Shown here: positions 39,178 through 51,300 of the stretch, in pieces
Layout of the letters: each line of letters opens with the position of its first letter
Numbering within the stretch: the first letter of the stretch is position 1
NCBI GenBank assembly: GCA_032718475.1
Contig: JAUCBJ010007844.1
Coordinates: 1 to 64,000 of the forward strand
DNA: 64,000 bases
Source: Nemertoderma westbladi
Lineage: Eukaryota > Animalia > Xenacoelomorpha
Direction of reading: 5' to 3'
Made by a program: the position numbers and the translations under genes
Notes under the pieces: model-generated
What the model was told of the DNA's origin: nothing
The model's input: the letters and a program-made list of their open reading frames with translations, nothing else
Database searches by the model: none

Positions 39178-39371
39178 GGTCGCTATAAGTTCGATTATAT
39201 ATCGAGTGGCGGTGTGGTTTATAGCTGTCGTTTTGATGTTGCCGATACCGCAATACCGTTGATATTGATAATTAGGTTAGATAGATAGGGTCACACTGCC
39301 AGACTGCCTAGGCGCAGCAGTACATTAGTAAGCACACATCAGTACACAGCACACAGGACACCAGTCAGAAC

Positions 39372-42300
39372 GCAGTTAGAACCAGTACTCCTATATGGAG
39401 TCAATCATACAGCCTATATGGAGTCCATCAATCAGAAGTTAGAACCAGTACTCCTATATGGAGTCCATCTATCAGAAGTTAGAACCAGTACTCCTATATG
39501 GAATCAGTCCATCAATCATAAGTTAGAACCAGTACTCCTATATGGAGTCCATCATACAGCAGTTAGAACCAGTACTCCTTCCTATATGGAGTCCATCATA
39601 CAGCAGATAGAACCAGTACTCCTATATGGAGTCCATCATACAGCAGTCAGAACCAGTACTTCTATATGGAGACCATCATACAGCAGTTAGAACCAGTACT
39701 CCTATATGGAGTCCATCAATCAGAAGTTAGAACCAGTACTCCTTTATGGAGTCCATCAATCAGAACTTAGAACCAGTACTCCTATATGGATTCCATCAAT
39801 CAAAAGTTAGAACCAGTACTCCTATATGGAGTCCATCAATCAGAAGTTAGAACTAGTACTCCTTTATGGAGTCCATCAATCAGAAGTTAGAACCAGTACT
39901 CCTATATGGAGTCCATCATACAGCAGTTAGAACCAGTACTCCTATATGGAGTCCATCATACAGCAGTTAGAACTCCTATATGAGTCCATCATACAGCAGT
40001 TAGAATCAGTACTCCTATATGGAGTCTATCATACAGCAGTTAGAACCAGTACTCCTATATGGAGTCCATCATACAGCAGTTAGAACCAGTACTCCTATAT
40101 GGAGTCCATCAATCAGAAGTTAGAACCAGTACTCCTATATGGAGTCCATCATACAGCAGTTAGAATCAGTACTCCTATATGGAGTTCATCAATCAGCAGT
40201 TAGAACCAGTACTCCACCAATCAGAAGTTAGAACCAGTACTCCTTTATGGAGTCTATCATACAGTAGTTAGAACCAGTACTCCTCAATCAGCAGTTAGAA
40301 CCAGTACTCCTTTATGGAGTCCATCAATCAGAAGTTAGAACCAGTACTCCTATATGGAGTCCATCATACAGCAGTTAGAACAAGTACTCCTATATGGAGT
40401 CCATCATACAGCAGTTAGAACCAGTACTCCTATATGGAGTCCATCAATCAGAATCAGAAGTTAGAACCAGTACTCCAATATCGAGTCCATCATACAGCAG
40501 TTAGAACCAGTACTCCTATATGGAGTCCATCATACAGCAGTTAGAACCAGTACTCCTATATGGAGCATCAATCAGCAGATAGAACCAGGAACCAGTACTC
40601 CTATATGGATTCCATCATACAGCAGTTAGAACCAGTACTCCTATATGGAGTCCATCATACAGCAGTTAGAACCAGTACTCCTATATGGAGTCCATCATAC
40701 AGCAGTTAGAACCAGTACTCCTATATGGAGTCCATCAATCAGAAGTTAGAACCAGTACTCCTATATGGAGTCCATCATACAGCAGTTAGAATCAGTACTC
40801 CAATATGGAGTCCATCATACAAAAGTTAGAACAAGTACTCCTATATGGAGTCCATCATACAGCAGTTAGAACTCCTATATGGAGTCCATCATACAGCAGT
40901 TAGAATCAGTACTCCTATATGGAGTCCATCATACAGCAGTTACAACCAGTACTCCTATATGGAGTCCATCATGCAGCAGTTAGAACCAGTACTCCTATAT
41001 GGAGTCCATCATACAGCAGTTAGAACCAGTACTCCTATATAGAGTCCATCATACAGCAGTTAGAATCAGTACTCCTATATGGAGTTCATCAATCAGCAGT
41101 TAGAACCAGTACTCCTATATGGAGTCTATCAATCAGAAGTTAGAACCAGTACTCCTTTATGGAGTCCATCATACAGTAATTAGAACCAGTACACCTCAAT
41201 CAGCAGTTAGAACCAGTACTCCTTTATGGAGTCCATCAATCAGAAGTTAGAACCAGTACTCCTATATGGAGTCCATCATACAGCAGTTAGAACCAGTACT
41301 CCTATATGGAGTCCATTATACAGCAGTTAGAATCAGTACTCCTATATGGAGTTCATCAATCAGCAGTTAGAACCAGTACTCCTATATGGAGTCTATCAAT
41401 CAGAAGTTAGAACCAGTACTCCTTTATGGAGTCCATCATACAGTAATTAGAACCAGTACTCCTCAATCAGCAGTTAGAACCAGTACTCCTTTATGGAGTC
41501 CATCAATCAGAAGTTAGAACCAGTACTCCTATATGGAGTCCATCAATCAGAAGTTAGAACCAGTACTCCTATATGGAGTCCATCAATCAGAATCAGAAGT
41601 TAGAACCAGTACTCCTATATGGAGTCCATCATACAGCAGCAGTTAGAACAAGTACTCCTATATGGAGTCCATCATACAGCAGTTAGAACCAGTACTCCTA
41701 TATGGAGTCCATCATACAGCAGTTAGAACCAGTACTCCTATATGGAGTCCATCATACAGCAGTTAGAACCAGTACTCCTATATGGAGCATCAATCAGCAG
41801 ATAGAACCAGGAACCAGTACTCCTATATGGATTCCATCATACAGCAGTTAGAACCAGTACTCCTATATGGAGTCCATCAATCAGAAGTTAGAACCAGTAC
41901 TCCTATATGGATTCCATCAATCAGCAGTTAGAACCAGTACTCCTATATGGAGTCCATCATACAGCAGTTAGAACCAGTACTCCTATATGGAGTCCATCAT
42001 ACGGCAGTTAGAACCAGTACTCCTATATGGAGTCCATCATACAGCAGTTAGAATCAGTACTCCAATATGGAGTCCATCATACAAAAGTTAGAACCAGTAC
42101 TCCTATATGGAGTCCATCATACAGCAGTTAGAACTCCTATATGGAGTCCATCATACAGCAGTTAGAATCAGTACTCCTATATGGAGTCCATCATACAGCA
42201 GTTAGAACCAGTACTCCTATATGGAGTCCATCATGCAGCAGTTAGAACCAGTACTCCTATATGGAGTCCATCATACAGCAGTTAGAACCAGTACTCCTAT

Positions 42301-45300
42301 ATGGAGTCCATCATACAGCAGTTAGAACCAGTACTCCTATATGGAGTCCATCATACAGCAGTTAGAACCAGTACTCCTATATGGAGTCCATCATACAGCA
42401 GTTAGAATCAGTACTCCTATATGGAGTCCATCATACAGCAGTTAGAACCAGTACTCCTATATGGAGTCCATCATACAGCAGTTAGAACCAGTACTCCTAT
42501 ATGGAGTCCATCATACAGCAGTTAGAACCAGTACTCCTATATGGAGTCTCATCAATCAGCAGTTAGAACCAGTACTCCTATATGGAGTCCATCAATCAGA
42601 AGTTAGAACCAGTACTCCTATATGGAGTCCATCATACAGCAGTTAGAACCAGTACTCCTATATGGAGTCCATCATCAGCAGTTAGAACCAGTACTCCTAT
42701 ATGGAGTCCATCATACAGCAGTTAGAACCAGTACTCCTATATGGAGTCCATCATACAGCAGTTAGAACCAGTACTCCTATATGGAGTCCATCAATCAGCA
42801 GTTAGAACCAGTACTCCTATATGGAGTCCATCATACAGACAGTTAGAACCAGTACTCCTATATGGAGTCCATCATACAGCAGTTAGAACCAGTACTCCTA
42901 TATGGAGTCCATCATACAGCAGTTAGAACCAGTACTCCTATATGGAGTCCATCATACAGCAGTTAGAACCAGTACTCCTATATGGAGTCCATCATACAGC
43001 AGTTAGAACCAGTACTCCTATATGGAGTCCATCATACAGAAGTTAGAACCAGTACTCCTATATGGAGTCCATCATACAGCAGTTAGAACCAGTACTCCTA
43101 TATGGAGTCCATCATACAGCAGTTAGAACCAGTACTCCTATATGGAGTCCATCATACAGCAGTTAGAACCAGTACTCCTATATGGAGTCCATCAATCAGC
43201 AGTTAGAACCAGTACTCCTATATGGAGTCCATCAATCAGCAGTTAGAACCAGTACTCCTATATGGAGTCCATCATACAGCAGTTAGAACCAGTACTCCTA
43301 TATGGAGTCCATCATACAGCAGTTAGAACCAGTACTCCTATATGGAGTCCATCATACAGCAGTTAGAACCAGTACTCCTATATGGAGTCCATCATACAGA
43401 AGTTAGAACCAGTACTCCTATATGGAGTCCATCATACAGCAGTTAGAACCAGTACTCCTATATGGAGTCCATCATACAGCAGTTAGAACCAGTACTCCTA
43501 TATGGAGTCCATCATACAGCAGTTAGAACCAGTACTCCTATATGGAGTCCATCATACAGCAGTTAGAACCAGTACTCCTATATGGAGTCCATCATACAGA
43601 AGTTAGAACTAGTACTCCTATATGGAGTCCATCATACAGCAGTTAGAACCAGTACTCCTATATGGAGTCTATCATACAGCAGTTAGAACCAGTACTCCTA
43701 TATGGAGTCCATCAATCATAAGTTAGAACCAGTACTCCTATATGGAGTCCATCATACAGCAGTTAGAACCAGTACTCCTATGGAGTCCATCATACAGCTG
43801 TTAGAACCAGTACTCCTATATGGAGTCCATCATACAGCTGTTAGAACCAGTACTCCTATATGGAGTCCATCATACAGCAGTTAGAACCAGTACTCCTATA
43901 TGGAGCATCAATCAGCAGATAGAACCAGGAACCAGTATTCCTATATGGATTCCATCATACAGCAGTTAGAATCAGTACTCCTATATGGAGTCCATCATAC
44001 AACTCCTATATGGAGTCCATCATACAGCAGTTAGAATCAGTACTCCTATATGGAGTCCATCATACAGCAGTTAGAACCAGTACTCCTATATGGAGTCCAT
44101 CATGCAGCAGTTAGAACCAGTACTCCTATATGGAGTCCATCATACAGCAGTTAGAACCAGTACTCCTATATGGAGTCCATCATACAGCAGTTAGAATCAG
44201 TACTCCTATATGGAGTTCATCAATCAGCAGTTAGAACCAGTACTCCTATATGGAGTCTATCAATCAGAAGTTAGAACCAGTACTCCTTTATGGAGTCCAT
44301 CATACAGTAATTAGAACCAGTACTCCTCAATCAGCAGTTAGAACCAGTACTCCTTTATGGAGTCCATCAATCAGAAGTTAGAACCAGTACTCCTATATGG
44401 AGTCCATCATACAGCAGTTAGAACCAGTACTCCTATATGGAGTCCATCATACAGCAGTTAGAATCAGTACTCCTATATGGAGTTCATCAATCAGCAGTTA
44501 GAACCAGTACTCCTATATGGAGTCTATCAATCAGAAGTTAGAACCAGTACTCCTTTATGGAGTCCATCATACAGTAATTAGAACCAGTACTCCTCAATCA
44601 GCAGTTAGAACCAGTACTCCTTTATGGAGTCCATCAATCAGAAGTTAGAACCAGTACTCCTATATGGAGTCCATCAATCAGAAGTTAGAACCAGTACTCC
44701 TATATGGAGTCCATCAATCAGAAGTTAGAACCAGTACTCCTATATGGAGTCCATCATACAGCAGTTAGAACCAGTACTCCTATATGGAGTCCATCAATCA
44801 GAATCAGAAGTTAGAACCAGTACTCCTATATGGAGTCCATCATACAGCAGTTAGAACCAGTACTCCTATATGGAGTCCATCATACAGCAGTTAGAACCAG
44901 TACTCCTATATGGAGTCCATCATACAGCAGTTAGAACCAGTACTCCTATATGGAGTCCCATCATACAGCAGTTAGAACCAGTACTCCTATATGGAGCATC
45001 AATCAGCAGATAGAACCAGGAACCAGTACTCCTATATGGATTCCATCATACAGCAGTTAGAACCAGTACTCCTATATGGAGTCCATCAATCAGAAGTTAG
45101 AACCAGTACTCCTATATGGAGTCCATCTACAGCATTAGAACCAGTACTCCTCAATCAGCAGTTAGAACCAGTACTCCTATATGGAGTCCATCATACAGCA
45201 GTTAGAACCAGTACTCCTATATGGAGTCCATCAATACAGCAGTTAGAACCAGTACTCCTATATGGAGTCCATCATACAGCAGTTAGAACCAGTACTCCTA

Positions 45301-48300
45301 TATGGAGTCCATCATACAGCAGTTAGAACCAGTACTCCTATATGGAGTCCATCATACAGCAGTTAGACCCAGTACTCCTATATGGAGTCCATCAATCATA
45401 AGTTAGAACCAGTACTCCTATATGGAGTCCATCATACAGCAGTTAGAACCAGTACTCCTATATGGAGTCCATCATACAGCAGTTAGAACCAGTACTCCTA
45501 TATGGAGTCCATCATACAGCAGTTAGAACCAGTACTCCTATATGGAGTCCATCATACAGCAGTTAGAATCAGTACTCCTATATGGAGTCCATCATACAGC
45601 AGTTAGAACCAGTACTCCTATATGGAGTCCATCATACAGCAGTTAGAACCAGTACTCCTATATGGAGTCCATCATACAGCAGTTAGAACCAGTACTCCTA
45701 TATGGAGTCAATCATACAGCCTATATGGAGTCCATCAATCAGAAGTTAGAACCAGTACTCCTATATGGAGTCCATCAATCAGAATCAGAAGTTAGAACCA
45801 GTACTCCTATATGGAGTCCATCATACAGCAGTTAGAACCAGTACTCCTATATGGAGTCCATCAATCATAAGTTAGAACCAGTACTCCTATATGGAGTCCA
45901 TCATACAGCAGTTAGAACCAGTACTCCTATATGGAGTCCATCATACAGAAGTTAGAACCAGTACTCCTATATGGAGTCCATCATACAAAAGTTAGAACCA
46001 GTACTCCTATATGGAGTCCATCATACAGCAGTTAGAATCAGTACTCCTATATGGAGTCCATCATACAAAAGTTAGAACCAGTACTCCTATATGGAGTCCA
46101 TCAATCATAAGTTAGAACCAGTACTCCTATATGGAGTCCATCATACAGCAGTTAGAACCAGTACTCCTATATGGAGTCCATCATACAGAAGTTAGAACCA
46201 GTACTCCTATATGGAGTCCATCATACAGCAGTTAGAACCAGTACTCCTATATGGAGTCCATCAATCAGAAGTTAGAACCAGTACTCCTATATGGAGTCCA
46301 TCATACAGCAGTTAGAACCAGTACTCCTATATGGAGTCCATCATACAGCTGTTAGAACCAGTACTCCTATATGGAGTCCATCATACAGCAGTTAGAACCA
46401 GTACTCCTATATGGAGTCTATCATACAGCAGTTAGAACCAGTACTCCTATATGGAGTCCATCAATCATAAGTTAGAACCAGTACTCCTATATGGAGTCCA
46501 TCATACAGCAGTTAGAACCAGTACTCCTATATGGAGTCCATCATACAGCTGTTAGAACCAGTACTCCTATATGGAGTCCATCATACAGCTGTTAGAACCA
46601 GTACTCCTATATGGAGTCCATCATACAGCAGTTAGAACCAGTACTCCTATATGGAGCATCAATCAGCAGATAGAACCAGGAACCAGTATTCCTATATGGA
46701 TTCCATCATACAGCAGTTAGAATCAGTACTCCTATATGGAGTCCATCATACAACTCCTATATGGAGTCCATCATACAGCAGTTAGAATCAGTACTCCTAT
46801 ATGGAGTCCATCATACAGCAGTTAGAACCAGTACTCCTATATGGAGTCCATCATGCAGCAGTTAGAACCAGTACTCCTATATGGAGTCCATCATACAGCA
46901 GTTAGAACCAGTACTCCTATATGGAGTCCATCATACAGCAGTTAGAATCAGTACTCCTATATGGAGTTCATCATATCAGCAGTTAGAACCAGTACTCCTA
47001 TATGGAGTCCATCATACAGCAGTTAGAACAGTACTCCTATATGGAGTCCATCAATCAGCAGTTAGAACCAGTACTCCTATATGGAGTCCATCATACAGCA
47101 GTTAGAACCAGTACTCCTATATGGAGTCCATCATGCAGCAGTTAGAACCAGTACTCCTATATGGAGTCCATCATGCAGCAGTTAGAATCAGTACTCCTAT
47201 ATGGAGTCCATCATACAGCAGTTAGAACCAGTACTCCTATATGGAGTCCATCATGCAGCAGTTAGAATCAGTACTCCTATATGGAGTCCATCATACAGCA
47301 GTTAGAACCAGTACTCCTATATGGAGTCCATCATGCAGCAGTTAGAACCAGTACTCCTATATGGAGTCCATCATGCAGCAGTTAGAATCAGTACTCCTAT
47401 ATGGAGTCCATCATACAGCAGTTAGAACCAGTACTCCTATATGGAGTCCATCATGCAGCAGTTAGAATCAGTACTCCTATATGGAGTCCATCATACAGCA
47501 GTTAGAACCAGTACTCCTATATGGAGTCCATCATGCAGCAGTTAGAACCAGTACTCCTATATGGAGTCCATCATACAGCAGTTAGAACCAGTACTCCTAT
47601 ATGGAGTCCATCATACAGCAGTTAGAACCAGTACTCCTATATGGAGTCCATCATGCAGCAGTTAGAACCAGTACTCCTATATGGAGTCCATCATACAGCA
47701 GTTAGAACCAGTACTCCTATATGGAGTCCATCATGCAGCAGTTAGAACCAGTACTCCTATATGGAGTCCATCATACAGCAGTTAGAACCAGTACTCCTAT
47801 ATGGAGTCCATCATACAGCAGTTAGAATCAGTACTCCTATATGGAGTTCATCAATCAGCAGTTAGAACCAGTACTCCTATATGGAGCATCAATCAGAAGT
47901 TAGAACCAGTACTCCTATATGGAGTCAGTCCATCAATCATAAGTTAGAACCAGTACTCCTATATGGAGTCCATCATACAGCAGTTAGAACCAGTACTCCT
48001 TCCTATATGGAGTCCATCATACAGCTGTTAGAACCAGTACTCCTATATGGAGACCATCATACAGCAGTTAGAACCAGTACTCCTATATGGAGCATCAATC
48101 AGAAGTTAGAACCAGTACTCCAGTAGCAGTTAGAACCAGTACTCCTATATGGAGTCTATCAATCAGAAGTTAGAACCAGTACTCCTTTATGGAGTCCATC
48201 ATACAGCAGTTAGAACCAGTACTCCTATATGGAGCATCAATCAGCAGATAGAACCAGGAACCAGTACTCCTATATGGATTCCATCATACAGCAGTTAGAA

Positions 48301-51300
48301 CCAGTACTCCTATATGGAGTCCATCATACAGCAGTTAGAACCAGTACTCCTATATGGAGTCCATCATACAGCAGTTAGAACCAGTACTCCTATATGGAGT
48401 CCATCAATCAGAAGTTAGAACCAGTACTCCTATATGGAGTCCATCAATCAGAAGTTAGAACCAGTACTCCTATATGGAGTCCATCATACAGCAGTTAGAA
48501 TCAGTACTCCTATATGAAGTCCATCATACAAAAGTTAGAACCAGTACTCCTATATGGAGTCCATCATACAGCAGTTAGAACTCCTATATGGAGTCCATCA
48601 TACAGCAGTTAGAATCAGTACTCATATATGGAGTCCATCATACAGCAGTTAGAACCAGTACTCCTATATGGAGTCAGTCCATCAATCATAAGTTAGAACC
48701 AGTACTCCTATATGGAGTCCATCATACAGCAGTTAGAACCAGTACTCCTTCCTATATGGAGTCCATCATACAGCTGTTAGAACCAGTACTCCTATATGGA
48801 GACCATCATACAGCAGTTAGAACCAGTACTCCTATATGGAGCATCAATCAGAAGTTAGAACCAGTACTCCAGTAGCAGTTAGAACCAGTACTCCTATATG
48901 GAGTCTATCAATCAGAAGTTAGAACCAGTACTCCTTTATGGAGTCCATCATACAGTAATTAGAACCAGTACTCCGCAATCAGCAGTTAGAACCAGTACTC
49001 CTTTATGGAGTCCATCAATCAGAAGTTAGAACCAGTACTCCTATATGGAGTCCATCAATCAGAAGTTAGAACCAGTACTCCTATATGGAGTCCATCATAC
49101 AGCAGTTAGAATCAGTACTCCTATATGAAGTCCATCATACAAAAGTTAGAACCAGTACTCCTATATGGAGTCCATCATACAGCAGTTAGAACTCCTATAT
49201 GGAGTCCATCATACAGCAGTTAGAATCAGTACCCCTATATGGAGTCCATCATACAGCAGTTAGAACCAGTACTCCTATATGGAGTCCATCATGCAGCAGT
49301 TAGAACCAGTACTCCTATATGGAGTCCATCATACAGCAGTTAGAACCAGTACTCCTATATGGAGTCCATCATACAGCAGTTAGAATCAGTACTCCTATAT
49401 GGAGTTCATCAATCAGCAGTTAGAACCAGTACTCCTATATGGAGTCTATCATACAGCTGTTAGAACCAGTACTCCTATATGGAGCATCAATCAGAAGTTA
49501 GAACCAGTACTCCTATATGGAGTCAGTCCATCAATCATAAGTTAGAACCAGTACTCCTATATGGAGTCCATCATACAGCAGTTAGAACCAGTACTCCTTC
49601 CTATATGGAGTCCATCATACAGCTGTTAGAACCAGTACTCCTATATGGAGACCATCATACAGCAGTTAGAACCAGTACTCCTATATGGAGCATCAATCAG
49701 AAGTTAGAACCAGTACTCCAGTAGCAGTTAGAACCAGTACTCCTATATGGAGTCTATCAATCAGAAGTTAGAACCAGTACTCCTTTATGGAGCATCAATC
49801 AGCAGATAGAACCAGGAACCAGTATTCCTATATGGATTCCATCATACAGCAGTTAGAATCAGTACTCCTATATGGAGTCCATCATACAACTCCTATATGG
49901 AGTCCATCATACAGCAGTTAGAATCAGTACTCCTATATGGAGTCCATCATACAGCAGTTAGAACCAGTACTCCTATATGGAGTCCATCATGCAGCAGTTA
50001 GAACCAGTACTCCTATATGGAGTCCATCATACAGCAGTTAGAACCAGTACTCCTATATGGAGTCCATCATACAGCAGTTAGAATCAGTACTCCTATATGG
50101 AGTTTATCAATCAGCAGTTAGAACCAGTACTCCTATATGGAGTCCATCATACAGCAGTTAGAACCAGTACTCCTATATGGAGTCCATCATGCAGCAGTTA
50201 GAACCAGTACTCCTATATGGAGTCCATCATGCAGCAGTTAGAATCAGTACTCCTATATGGAGTCCATCATACAGCAGTTAGAACCAGTACTCCTATATGG
50301 AGTCCATCATGCAGCAGTTAGAATCAGTACTCCTATATGGAGTCCATCATACAGCAGTTAGAACCAGTACTCCTATATGGAGTCCATCATGCAGCAGTTA
50401 GAACCAGTACTCCTATATGGAGTCCATCATACAGCAGTTAGAACCAGTACTCCTATATGGAGTCCATCATACAGCAGTTAGAACCAGTACTCCTATATGG
50501 AGTCCATCATGCAGCAGTTAGAATCAGTACTCCTATATGGAGTCCATCATACAGCGGTTAGAACCAGTACTCCTATATGGAGTCCATCATGCAGCAGTTA
50601 GAACCAGTACTCCTATATGGAGTCCATCATACAGCAGTTAGAACCAGTACTCCTATATGGATTCCATCATACAGCAGTTAGAATCAGTACTCCTATATGG
50701 AGTCCATCATACAACTCCTATATGGAGTCCATCATACAGCAGTTAGAATCAGTACTCCTATATGGAGTCCATCATACAGCAGTTAGAACCAGTACTCCTA
50801 TATGGAGTCCATCATGCAGCAGTTAGAACCAGTACTCCTATATGGAGTCCATCATACAGCAGTTAGAACCAGTACTCCTATATGGAGTCCATCATACAGC
50901 AGTTAGAATCAGTACTCCTATATGGAGTTTATCAATCAGCAGTTAGAACCAGTACTCCTATATGGAGTCCATCATACAGCAGTTAGAACCAGTACTCCTA
51001 TATGGAGTCCATCATGCAGCAGTTAGAACCAGTACTCCTATATGGAGTCCATCATGCAGCAGTTAGAATCAGTACTCCTATATGGAGTCCATCATACAGC
51101 AGTTAGAACCAGTACTCCTATATGGAGTCCATCATGCAGCAGTTAGAATCAGTACTCCTATATGGAGTCCATCATACAGCAGTTAGAACCAGTACTCCTA
51201 TATGGAGTCCATCATGCAGCAGTTAGAACCAGTACTCCTATATGGAGTCCATCATACAGCAGTTAGAACCAGTACTCCTATATGGAGTCCATCATACAGC

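Larger units (their letters stand above)
33692..39371 (-). mobile_element. Full-length CR1-group (Crack/Kiri/L2-like) LINE, ~5.68 kb
   Basis: ~190-bp 5' UTR, ORF1, ~870-bp spacer, uninterrupted ORF2, ~630-bp 3' UTR ending in a hairpin and TGAC-type short repeats. GCAGT is duplicated at 33687-33691 and 39372-39376. The clade call is inference. Confidence 0.92.

Noticed and set aside
38804-39288. 152-aa and 81-aa + strand ORFs
   Set aside because: Antisense to ORF1, low complexity, no recognisable domain.
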